64,000 bases of DNA. Source: Marsupella aquatica. Its lineage: Eukaryota; Plantae; Marchantiophyta. Location: positions 20,674,260-20,738,259 of the forward strand of contig OZ316897.1 of assembly GCA_973895155.1 (NCBI GenBank), read 5' to 3'. The position numbers and the translations under genes were made by a program. Below the pieces are notes generated by a model, which saw only the letters and a list, made by a program, of their open reading frames with translations, was not told the DNA's origin and ran no database searches. Each line of letters begins with the position of its first letter. Within the stretch, counting starts at the first letter, position 1. Positions 12,197 to 24,464 of the stretch are shown here, piece after piece.

Positions 12197-12760
12197 CTAA
12201 AAACGTCGCAGGTGATGGAGAGGCATCCGTATAGTGAGACCCCCAAGAGTAGAAGCCACATTGGCCCCTCTGGTCGGATCGGTGACAACGACATTCCCAA
12301 GGGCACGAGCACCAACATGAGAGAAGATCAAATCTGCCCAACGATGATCAGGAACCCCATCCTGTGGAGGTAACACATGTCTCTGCTCTATCATGACATG
12401 GTACCCTGAGTCACAAGTGATAGCGGCCACCACGTCCCGGATGTCATCCTATGTCGCAGTCCTGTCACTACCATGACCACAGCTGAGAATATGAACGCCC
12501 TGCCCATCAAGGGACGCACCACAGCCGCATGTGGGCTGACCCAAGAGGCAAGGGTGAGTGAGACTCACCCAAAGGCGAATGGAACTCATATGAAATGGGG
12601 CCAAAAGAGGACTAGCCGATAGTGAAGCCCCTGAACCAGCACCCAAACCTGATAAGAGACATGCCCAAACCCAATCTGAGGGTGCCTCAGAAAGCATCCT
12701 AGAAATGGTATGTGCATGCAATCAGATATCACCTGTTGGACTCATCATGGCTGTCCAAAA
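12197..12760 (-). mobile_element. Non-LTR retrotransposon fragment with restriction-like endonuclease (CRE-clade-like), dead
   Basis: ORFs 12449-12721 and 12197-12433 share one frame across a single TAG: CGCGASLDGQGVHILSCGHGSDRTAT*DDIRDVVAAI...GYHVMIEQ...RWADL...ALGNVVVTDP. This matches the CCHC knuckle, RHD, E, R-x-A-D and D-V-x-V-x-x-P order of RLE elements. Confidence 0.7.
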
Positions 12761-13774
12761 TAACCTCCTCAAATGCAAGGATCATGCTTTGCACATCCTC
12801 CTGCAATAACGAGTGTGCATGACAAAACTGGACCTGAAACGGGAGAGCTCGTGATGACAAAACTATTACATACGCTTGGAAATCTTTGAATTACGATCTC
12901 GGGAATCTTTGGATTATGAACTCGGGAATATATTATATCCACTTGGATGGAAATCTTTGAATTACGACCTCTAAACCTAAGCACAAGATTAACCTGAAAC
13001 TGGAGAGCTCGTGAAACGGGAGAGCTTGTGATGGATTTCGAACAAGTTCTCTAGGTAAGATCTAAAACGCAGGGGTTAGTTTTCTCTATTTAAATAGTCC
13101 GATTCTCTGCCGGAGAAGTCGCAGTAACTTAAACGAAACCGGCACTTCCCGGAAATTCTTTGGGCTGGATCTCGCCTGCGAAAACTTGTCGCTGAAAGGC
13201 AACTTATCGGCCGGTCTGCACCATTGTGCCTGCCCTTCTTCCTGCGCTGAATCGAGCAGATCGTCGTGACTGCATAATGTGCGAGCCTAAACTGAGCTTC
13301 GCGAGTAACGCGATTGCTACGACTTGGAGAAGTCAATTTACGTATTGAAAGGACTTCTGAGCCACTGAGAGTGTATTTCCACCCCGCATCAAACCGCTGT
13401 TCACTTTTGGCTTCAAGAGCAAGGTCAGCTATGTTGGAGGGGGGGAGGAGCCAAGCGCCAGAAGGTTTTCGTGTTCTGGTTTGTGTTGCCGTTGGGATGG
13501 TTATGTTAGTTGATCAGTCTCTCCGGAGGTGTTTTGGTCGTGTACAGGCGCGGTGTGGAGCCATTCGCGAGTGATCAACTTTATAACGCTTCGATCTTGT
13601 GTACGTTCCATATGCTCGATCGCTACGTTCTGGACTCAATTCTGGACCGGCGTTCAAAATCCTTGCTGGTTGCAGTCCTACGGTACATGTTTTACTTCTT
13701 GGGAGTCCAAATCCAGAACCGAGTGACGGAGATATTCAATGTGCTAGAAAACTGTGATGGGCCGGATATGATTA

Positions 13775-16700
13775 ATGAGCTTGGTGTCCACCGCTGTGTG
13801 CTTCGTTCTTCAGGTATGCAGAATCCAACCTGTTCATTGAATTATTCACAGCTCGTCTCGACGTCGGTGCAACTAGATCTTACGTCTTCCCATTGGTGAG
13901 CTGTTGGAGTTTAATCTGGGGGCAAAGCGTGATATCAGCACGTATGCTGCAACTCTTCGTTGGTCCTTCAATTCTATTCGATTGAGTCATATTGAGTCCT
14001 GCAGGGCTCTCCCACAGTTGATGATCCGGACACAGTTAACAATATAGACTAGGTTTCCTTGGAATCTTAGTTCGTAGACAATAATTCTGCGAATTATGGC
14101 GGGCAATTCTTCGTAACGTGAGTCATCAAAACACAGCCTCCGTAGTGCTTAGAAGAATGTGTCGCACGCGCGTTCTTGCTTGGTCTGGAGAGTATGGTTT
14201 TGTTTCGTAGAATTGGTTCACTTGTTACCGGTTTGCTGACTATGTCGGCATCTTTTCAAAATTTCCAGGATTAATTCACAACGCCATATGAAATTTTGCG
14301 CTTCCTGCTACAATCTGAGATTCCGGACAGTCCCTTACGCATTTTGCCCCCGTTTTGACTCTCTGGCCGAAGCGGCATTTCGCACCCAAAAGATACATTG
14401 ATCACGGTTCCAATCTTGAGCAAGCAATATGAAGCGTTGGTTTGAAGCCTCCTCTTCACAATCCCCAGAAGCGCCTGAGTCGAGGAGACTGAAATTGGAT
14501 ACTAGTCAGGTACTCCCCAGTCCAGATCACGAGGATGCTCGCTATGAGTTTGTATCTTGAGTTCTATTTGATGGCATGATTTTCCGACAGTGAATGACCA
14601 GCTTGGGTACATTGATATTTACGATGTGGTATGAAATTTTGATTACTTCCAGAAGCTGGCTAACATTCGTAGTCAAGCTGTCCAAACAGACCATTGGGCG
14701 TCGTCTCCTACGTTGTTTAGGAAATCATTGCTTAGATTAACTGTCCGTTTTTGTTCCTGTATTCTTAGGTGCATGAGCTCAATGCTTCCTTGTACGAATT
14801 ATACAGCCCACCAGGCACGCCATCCATGGAAGTCTTATTTTTCCATGGATTTCAGCATGGGGATTATGACGAGGCACATTTATCAGGCTGGACATGTGGA
14901 GATGGGTCCGGTATCATCTGGCCACAAACGTGGTTGGTGAAGAGGTTTTGTGACGCTCGCATTTTGACTGTTTCTTACAATGCTAGTGTGATGAAAAGTC
15001 AAGGAAGTTTTGATGTGTTTAACATGAGCGAAAACTTGATAACAGATCTACTGGATGCAAAAGTAGGACAAATGCCCTCCTGCCCAGTAATTTTGGTAGG
15101 CCACAGTTTTGGGGGCTTAGTCATTAAGCAACAATGCGTGGAGGCATCATCAGAGACAGGCAGATCTGAGAGCAACTCGAGAAGTTCCAAGCTCAAATCA
15201 TTTTTGCAAAACGTGAAGGGGATATTTTTCTATTCTACACCACATTATGGGATTGCAGACAATATTGCTGAGCATTTTGTGGACAATCGTCCTTTACTGG
15301 AATACGTGAAAACTCTTAGTTTACTAACAGCAAGACTCAACTATCATTTTGAGAAACTCTACGGACAAGGAGGGAAATATCAAGTGTGGCAAATTGCAGC
15401 AGTTGGGGAAAGTCTTTCAACCAAATGCGTATGGACACTAACCCATCTACTTGATGTCATGTCACGAATTGATTTCTCCATCAACTAGACTACCACTTTG
15501 TTAGGAGAAATTAGAAATTCTCTGGAGTCAGAACAGCAAATGGCATTCTGGAATGAGATTACAAAGCACACCGCTTTCTAACTTCCTTGATGTTGTGGAT
15601 TCTCTCCATGCGGACTATTGCTGAAATTCCGGCCTTGATCTACGGAGCAAATTTGTCCCTGAATTTCATTTGCTAACGTTTGTAGTGGATTCGAGCTCTG
15701 TCTGGTTTTGTTTGTGTGAATCAGATGAAGTAAGAGCTTCCAGCAAAAAATGAATCTGAATACATAAAACTGCGAAAAGAATGGAGCATTGAAACAAATC
15801 CGTCACAACTTCGAGAGAAAACTAATACGGACGGCTTTATTGGGATGTTGAGTTTGCACGTCATTCTGGCTTTCTTTGTTGAAATGCAATAACGTTATGG
15901 TTACCTGATAAAGCGAGCTTGGATATAATTAGCCAAGGACTCGCGAAGAATTGTGAGAAAGGAATTTGTACTTTTATATATGCTAAGGTATCTTCTTCGG
16001 TCAACTTTCTTGCAGGGTAGATTTGATGATCGAATCGTTGTAAGGGAAGCGTCTTCAAGATACGGTTCTGATTTCAACCTCGTGGAAGGAGCAGACCACA
16101 TCTCAGTTTGCAGACCGATAAATGAAAAATCTAGAAGTTTTCGTGTCCTCAAAACCTTTCTAGATCGTTTTCCTACTGATTCAAAGGTGGAGCATGTCTA
16201 TCCCTTAACTGCATGAATTTGCTGTAATTGACCTCTATGCAATGAGGAAGTCAGAGAACGACGAACCATACGCTTACAGACTGCTACTGTGTGCACGCAC
16301 TGTCATTCCATCGACTTTGTTCTCTGCCTAATTACATCGAAATCTTGCAAAACCAATCAGCCGAGATGACTGCCTTCGTGATATTTCTTAGACACTAATC
16401 ATTTTGGAGGCACAGATGAGCCAAGGGACACAAGAACTCGTAATCGTTTCTGATCATCGTTACTTTACACAAGCAACTGTTGTGATGATTAAACAAGTTC
16501 CTTTGCTTCGGTTGCACATTATTTGATGTTCAGTACTTGATGAATCTTTGCAGGTAGTGGTCCCTATTCACCAGTGTCATGGGCTCCCTAGGTACCCTAC
16601 GGGCTTGAAGAGACGTGCAAACCGGATTCAGGAGATGCTAAAAACTGCCCAAGTAATAGGGATTGTTGGCATGGGTGGCATAGGGAAAACCACTCTTGCC

Positions 16701-19700
16701 AAGGAAGTTTTCAACAACATCTCGACAGATTTTGAATATACATGTTTTGCAGACAATGTCAAAGGTATCCCGGAGCACGAGTTAGACGATTGGCTACTTA
16801 GACATTTGCATCGCAAAGGGACTAAAGTGGATGGGAATAAGATCCAGTGGTCTGACCTCATGCAAACAAAATCACTGATTTTCATGGACGATGTTAACTG
16901 TGAGAGACAAATCAGAAATTTGCCCAGCGTGAATCACTTTGGGAGTAGTAGTCGGTTGATCTTTACAACTCGAATTCAAAGCGTTTTGGATACAGTGCCA
17001 GACGTTGCCATGTGCGAAGTTGATTTTCTCGACTTTGACGAGGCAAAGGAGCTCTTTTGCCTGCATGCATTTGAGCAAGAACGAATCCCGGACAATCTTC
17101 TAGAGGTGAATCATCATTTGGAAGCAAACGTACAGAAAGTGGTACAGAAATGCGATGGTTTACCGTTGACTCTGGAAGTAATGGGGTCCTATCTGAGAAG
17201 TCACAAGACTAATGCTAGGGTCTGGGAGGAGACATATGACAAGCTCCAAAAAGCTCAATCTCCTCACGGACTTCGTAATGAGAGAGTGTGGAGTTCATTG
17301 AGAGTGAGCTATGATGCTCTGGCGTCCGAAGAGCAAGCTATGTTCATCGAAGCTGGGACTTTTTTTTTTGGGCAGCCGGTAGAGAGAGCCCTGGCTGCTT
17401 GGAGCAGTGCTTTTGGATATTCAGAATCGAGGTGGGCCAACTTGCTGAGGACATCCATGGTGAAGCAAGTCGACAAGACTGAATGGGATAGAAAATGGGG
17501 GACGAACATCAAATACAAGGAAGTGTGGGTGCATGAACAGCTGCGTGATTTGGCCAAGCATCTCTCCAAGGGGGCCATCATATCAATGTCTGTTGAAGAA
17601 AGTTACGGTGACTTGGATGCAATGCTTTCGCAATTCAAATGCATTCTCAATTCAAATGCGGTAAGTACGGAACCAGAAGCTTTGAGACAGCAGTAAACAT
17701 TGGTGGTTTCAAAGTGAGCAATTGAATAGTATGAATCCCATTGATGGTTTGTAATTTTTTCTTGCAAGCGTTGAATACCCATGTGACGTTTCTGTAGGGA
17801 CAAGATTTCAAGGTATTGCTGTAAGGAACGCATCAATCGGTGTTTCAAAAGAAGTCTTGAGTAACTTGTTGATACTTTCTCGTGAAGGATTTCGTCGCAT
17901 GACAATTGACGTTTTCTTGTCCTCTGTTTTCGTAGTAAACGGTACCCTTGAAACAAGGCTTACGTGACGCGTACGTGTTGTCATCAGGTCAAAGCACAGA
18001 CAAGTACTCTTCAGCTCGATGCCATTGGCCCGTTTCAGCTCGATGCCATTGGCTCGTTTCAGCTCAACCACTCAAAGCTTCGCTTAGAATCGCTGAATGA
18101 GTTGGACAAACTGAATTATGTGGAGCTGGTTTGTTTCCCTTGCGGAGCGTCAAGCGGGAATTTATCGACGAATCTTTCCTTACTAAGATGGAAGAGTTCG
18201 AGGTATAGGGTCGATAATTCTTATCCAATGCGCGCAAATGGCCGTTATTCTTTGTCACTGCCCACAATTGGCGTGTGCTCGACCCTCCTCCCTGTCAGCC
18301 TGGAGGGCATGAATAATCTAGCCGTCTTAGAACTCGACTACTGGGACATTCTGGAGGAAAGTCTACGCGCATTGGGGAAGCTCAGCAACCTGCGCATTTT
18401 ATCTCTATCGGATATACGAGGGCCTTCCCGTCTTCCAGAAAATTTTGGTTGTCTGTCCCAATTGAAATGCTTTGAGTTGGAGTCTGTCCGTTTGTCAGCA
18501 TTGCCGGCATCGTTTGGCGACCTCTCGTCCCTGGAACGTTTGCTCTTATCCAATGTAGACGTTGTGGAGCTTCCCGAGTCTTTTGGGAACCTCTCCTCCC
18601 TGACAACACTAGTTATTGCTGGGTGCCACAACCTTGCAAGTCTGCCCGAGTCCTTCGGGCGCCTCTTGTCCCTGGAGGAATTGCGCATCACAGACTGCCC
18701 AAGGCTCGAGTGTCCACAGGATACAAAATCGAGACAAGTCGTCTCGCGCAAGAATTTATCTTCGCTCAAGTTCTTATGGTTAAAGAGCTGCACGAGTCTA
18801 GAAGCGGTGCCTGCATGTTTTGGCCTTCTTTGGTCCTTGGAAGAACTTGAGCTGGATACGTGCACAGAACTAAAGACGCTGCCGGGAAATCTTGGCCAAT
18901 TCAAGGCTCTGAAGACGTTGAGAATATACGGTGCCGATAAGCTACAGGTGCTGCCCGATGACTTTGGAAAGTTACCTTCACTCACACGTTTGGTGCTAGT
19001 GTGTCGACGTCTCAAAAGATTGCCTAAGAGCTTCGGTCTTCTCTCTACCCTGCAATACCTCCATTTGAATCGCTGCGAAGCATTACAAGTATTGCCAGAT
19101 AATTTCGGTCTCCTCTGTGCCCTGCAAACACTGGAGGTGTGCAATTGCACTCAATTGCGGAGGTTGCCGGACAATTTTGGCCAACTCGAGGCGCTTCAGA
19201 GTTTGGGGATACTGAACGCCGACCTAGAGGGGCTGCCTCACAGTTTCTGCCGTCTGTCGGCCCTGCAAAAACACAATCTGGACCGGTGTGTGAAATTACA
19301 AAGATTGCCAGATAATTTCGGCGACCTCTCATCGCTCGAGACTTTGAGGGTAGTGGCCGACGACCTGGAGGAGCTACCGAACAATTTAGGGGATCTCTCT
19401 GCACTGAAAGAACTGTTTGTCATGGGGCAAAGGTTGCAGAGCCTCCCGAGGAGTATAGGGAAGCTTCAGTCACTGAGGAGGATTCAAGTTGCTGCGCGAA
19501 GTCTGAGAAGTTTACCGGACGAGCTTGGCGACCTCTCTTCTCTGGAAGTGCTGACAATTCATAATTGTGCGGGCATAATAACCTTTCCGGACAGCTCAAG
19601 GCGCATTTCCTCCCTCAGAGCACAAACTATACGACCTTGCACCCGCTCCATCGCTGGCAGGGTCGAGCTTCACTGGTGTTCGTTGCGCGATATGATGGCA

Positions 19701-19778
19701 TTCGATAGATTCCACGAGGACATTCCCGATCTTGGGCGTTATTGGGAGTGGTTGCCTATACACCTCCTCTACGATTAA
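13775..19778 (+). CDS. HNL (alpha/beta-hydrolase-NB-ARC-LRR) immune receptor, copy 2; apparently intact, about 1255 aa
   Basis: Exons 13775-13813 (MSLVSTAVCFVLQ, least certain), 14769-15428, 16016-16186, 16554-17660, 17988-19778, all joined by phase-0 GT-AG introns. Hydrolase motifs FFHG, GHSFGG, YSTPH, ADHISVC. P-loop GMGGIGKTT, Walker B IFMDDV, RNBS-B SRLIFTTR, GLPL, MHD-position VHEQLRDL, then a long LRR. Confidence 0.9.
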
Positions 19779-20293
19779 AATACTAAGGAAATGTTATTTT
19801 ATAAAGGGTTAACAGTGTATTGGCTAAATGTCTGTGCATGTGCAAAAGATTTTGCTGCGAAAAGGAGTAACATTGTGGACATAAAGTTGACATTGCTGAA
19901 AACATGCAAAAGATGCAAAAGAGAATGTATTTGTGCAAAAGATGATGTGAAGAAAATATGTCTATGGAGAGGCTGTTGCATAAAACAGTTTGGCGCATAA
20001 AGAGGCAATTGCATTTCGAGATTTCCTCTTAAATCTTAAATGCAAGATTAGCAAATAAAGAGGAGTCTAGGATCGAGCCTCCTTCCTCCCCGTTTCCAAT
20101 CCATGTCCCCCCCTCCCCTTTCTCCTCAAGAAAACAAGCCTCCCCTTTCTTCCTATGCTTCCTAGGCACAACAAATGTCAATTTTTGTAAGACTACCATG
20201 GTAAAAGAATCACAGTATTATTTATGATAGCTCATAGGTGCAAAAGTCTTATCATTTGGGTTGGGTTGTTGTCATGGGAATGTTATCATTTTA

Positions 20294-20600
20294 ACCAATT
20301 GGCTTAGGTCAATTGGTTAGGGGATTTGCCTGGAACTGAGAGGTCCTAGGTTCAATCCCCCTTCACACACGGTATATGTGAGTGGGATGGGTTTTGTGGG
20401 TGGTGGATTGGAGTTCTGATTATCTGCTTGGTCCCTGGTTGCCCACTTTGTGGCCCTAATTTAATACTCTCTCCTTCCTGGTGCGGGTCCCTGTCGTATC
20501 CGTTGGAGTTCACCCTGGTCTGGTTCCCTGCAGAAAAAGTGTCACACTGGGGTGGGGGGAATCTAATTGTATTTCGTCCCCATTTCCTTTCAAGAAAAAA
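20294..20600 (+). mobile_element. tRNA-derived SINE, 307 bp, with 15-bp TSD
   Basis: A-box-like TAGGTCAATTGG and B-box GGTTCAATCCC in the head, short A tail, and identical flanking AATGTTATCATTTTA at 20279-20293 and 20601-20615. Confidence 0.85.
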
Positions 20601-23600
20601 AATGTTATCATTTTAGTCACTGTCATTGTTAAAGTATTGTTGTTATTGTTAAAGTATTGTTGTCACGGAGGGCGAAAAGTAGAGCACGGGGACGCAAGAT
20701 AGGTGATGGTGATCACCGCTTCACAGAGTCCAAACATGGTCACATGAGGGAGTACTCTTGTTTTTTAGGTTTCTTTAATGAATAAATAAAGAATTTTAGT
20801 TTTTATACACATTTAAATTTTCAAAATTTCCAATTTTGTTTTACAATAAAGTTTAAATTTATATTAATAAAATAAATTTTCATTTTGGGCAGGTTTGAGC
20901 AACTTGGGTAGACATTTGAGATAGGAGTCAGAGTGTCTGGGTGGATCTGATGGTGCCAAAAAATCAGTGTTTGATGAACGGCCAGGATTAGCTCTCACTT
21001 TTTCTCATTTTGTAAATGGACAACAAACTTTACTGGTGGCTAATAGTGTTTGATATATGGTTCTGTATATCCGAACCGCATGTCTTGTCAGCATGTGTAT
21101 TTTGTTTCATTCTCGTTTTTTCTTTAAACTACCCTGGCACACTTGCAGATTTTTCATGTCCAAATCTGAGATGGGTCACCCTAATACTTTTCCAGAAGAT
21201 GCTTTGCTACCTACTTTATATATTGGTAAACTTAAGTTCATTCTGTTCAGTGCATGTGACCCTAGAGTTTTTGCACTAATGAAATTCATTTTTTCCAAAA
21301 CTTACCCACCCAGAATTGACTTAAGAGACGAGAACTTAAGGAGGACATGTGTCCCTCGACTCGTTGACTCAGAAACACCGCGACTTCCGAATGACTCTTT
21401 TGAATGGTCCACTTGAGATCAGGGGTTCCTGGTAATAAGTATTGAAAATTTCCCTCGAATTCAAGACACCTCTTGTTAGCTTCCATGAATGCATGTACAG
21501 CACCACATCTGGGACTGCAGTGATGGCGCATTGGTGACAGTCACAAGAAATTAAGTAGTACCATAGTTTTATGCATAAGTGAAACCGTCCCAGCTAGAGT
21601 ACTCGACTGTTAGAGTAAGGATACGAATTTAATTTCCGAACGTTCGACAGAAAATCAGTTGTTTCATAATCTAGACTTGAGACACATAAATTTGTATATC
21701 ATGCAATTTGAGGACTAAGAATGAGAATCAGTTTGTCAAAAGAGTGATTAAAGACTTATGGACTAGAGGGTCAAGTATCCAAGTCCTAAGAAGCAGCCGA
21801 TTCCCTGACCGTTGTGCTAACAAATTGTGGACTTGGAAGAGCATTCTGCACGCACACGCAAGGCACTTTGCGTGTGCTTTGATTGAAGCCTTAACGCGTA
21901 CCCAGAGATTTCAGAAGGCCGACTGACAGTATCATTTAGAATATGTACTCGACGAATTTGGATTATTGATGCGATCTACCAAGCATCAAACAATCGCTTG
22001 TATATATATGTTCTTAAATTCTCCTATTTCAACCATAAACACAGCTCCAATGAACATAGAATGCAACCACAAATCTTTGAGGGTGTGAGTAAGCTCTGAA
22101 CACAGCTCCTATGAACATAGAATGCAACCACAAGTCAGGACGTCGGGCTCGTGAGAGTCTTGTGCTCTGATTTGGATTCCTTCCATTTACATAAACTGGG
22201 CATTCTCAACGTCGAATGCACTTGATGGCCTGCAAGACAGAGCTCGCAAAAATCCATATCATCGAACAATATGGAGAAAAATCTCAATGGTTAAGCTGCC
22301 TGGCATCTGCAATCGATACATGTTCCAAGTCTTAGAATGGTGGATTTTGAGTCCTTCTGTGTTCACGTGACTGACAAATTTGATCTACTTTAGACCTACA
22401 AGTGGAGATACCATCGACGGTAAGATCAAACATTTCTTGTAAGAACGATGAAAGATGCAGTGCCATGATCACTCATGTCAATCTGATACTTTATGAGTCG
22501 TTGAGTTCGCCCGTCCTCCAATTTTATATCGACAGACAGTATCTCCACCAGTGATCACAGTAAGTGGGATAAATCACCTCAGATTTTTAAAGAAGAATAG
22601 TACAAGCATTAGAAAAGCAGTCTGTAGAACCCAATTACGACAAGGTAGAAAGTCGAAGGACAAGATGGCCAACCTTTTGCGAGTTCTCGTATCATTAACT
22701 TGGAAACAGAAGCCAGATGCATTACCTCTGTGTAGGAGACAATTCGACTTCAACAGCACAAGCAGACATTCACCACAATCTTTAAGGATCGTTCAAAGCA
22801 GCCAAAGTGTCGACCAGAGAACAAAATCTGATCTAAATGAAATTTAAACTGGAAACCACCTGAAATTTTCCACCTTCGGAGATGCTGCATTGTCATCTAC
22901 AGGACAGGGAAGGAGAAATACCACCTCATTCTCGTATGAGTGAATGAGGTCAAGCTGTGACAAAGGACCAATTATTCTTCCTTCAGGTCTCAGCACCGCA
23001 AGATCCATGAAAGCAAGCAGTGCTTACATCCTTAAACCCTCTCTAGCTCTCATAAGCTCTCATACTTATCATGTAACATATGTCACTAAAACATCGTCTC
23101 GGAAAAACAATGGCTGTCAGCAACGCCAAACCAAACGCCATTTTTCAATTCAATCTTTAGGGTATCATGTTGTGGGGAAAACCGATCTTGTAGAGAACCT
23201 GCCAGATCAAAGGGCAGCTACCACAGCAGCAGAGCGAAATGACAATCAGTACACCACGAGGTTATAGGTTGGACTGAAGCACGCAGATGACTAAAAGGTA
23301 AGTTGTAGCTGATTAGGTCATTCAACAAAATATCCCGGGTCTTGACAAGCTATCTCATCAAGCAATAAGGGCCTACCTCATAGACATCTGCCAGACGTGC
23401 TTACAAGATATAGACTCCGCCAAGCCAAACCTCAGCCTTGATGACAACACAACAATACAGATCCCCCCTTAGGAAATACCGGGTAATTTGACGAAGTTGT
23501 GAATCACCTGCTGGGAAGGCAACCATGCTGGACCCTCCAAGACCTTCGTGACAACTTAACTTTCAAATTGGTTTCTCAAGGCATGAATTAAATTACCAAC

Positions 23601-24464
23601 CCGCATATTAATATAAAATTACACTCTTAAATGGACAAAACATTCAACCTCAAAATGACACATCTCCGTCACAAAAGCTCCTCTTCCCTGTGAGCAAAAA
23701 ATAATCGAATGGTATCTCAAGTTGATACATTAACACTTTTGATTGACTCAACTAGCTTACAAAGAAACTACAGTGTGATCTTTGAGGCAGAAAAGTTCAA
23801 ACATGAGAAAAGCCTCAAGAGTATCAAGATCAATCCGTGCAAATCAAAATCCAACTAGCACCCATCAGTTCCAATTAGAGAGTCAATCCAAGTGGAGATG
23901 AGAATCCAGACTCTACGAAAGGAAGCTTTTGAATAAGCGAACTGAGATCAGTCCTATCTTTAGAGAACTGATGGAAACAAGTTCACTTATTGTGGTGACC
24001 CTAACATTCGTACCTTCCTAAAAGAGGAGAGCAGATTCACAACTCTAAAATCTTTGCAGGACCGGTCAATGAAGCTAAGATGGTAATATAAAGACGGTGG
24101 GCTGTGTATCCTGAGCCGCCTACTCAATATGTATAATGTTCAACCTTCATGGCTACAGGGACAGCACCACATGCTCAAACCAGGCAGATGGCTTCTGACT
24201 CGAAACCTGAATCATAAAATATTGAAAGTACAAGAGAGCCACACCTCCTCTGCATGTGTCAAAATGTTCGATGGAAGCCTGGGTCATCTCTCTAACAAGA
24301 AATGTAACCTTCGTTTCTTGCAAAAAATTATGTGCCATGTAGCAGCCAATTGCGAGCACTCACTCTCACTGGCCAGATCAGTCCAGAATTTCAATGATAA
24401 CCACTGCGAGATTGCTCACCGGCCACACTGCAATTGAGATGAAACAATTCAAGATGGCCCACCT

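Noticed and set aside
13510-13899. 129-aa ORF as the first NLR exon
   Set aside because: Its frame gives phase 1 at the GTATGC donor and an immediate stop in exon 2. The ATG 13775 frame fits instead.
20294-20370. Functional tRNA gene
   Set aside because: A and B boxes are present but no convincing acceptor or anticodon stems. The body, tail and TSD indicate a SINE.
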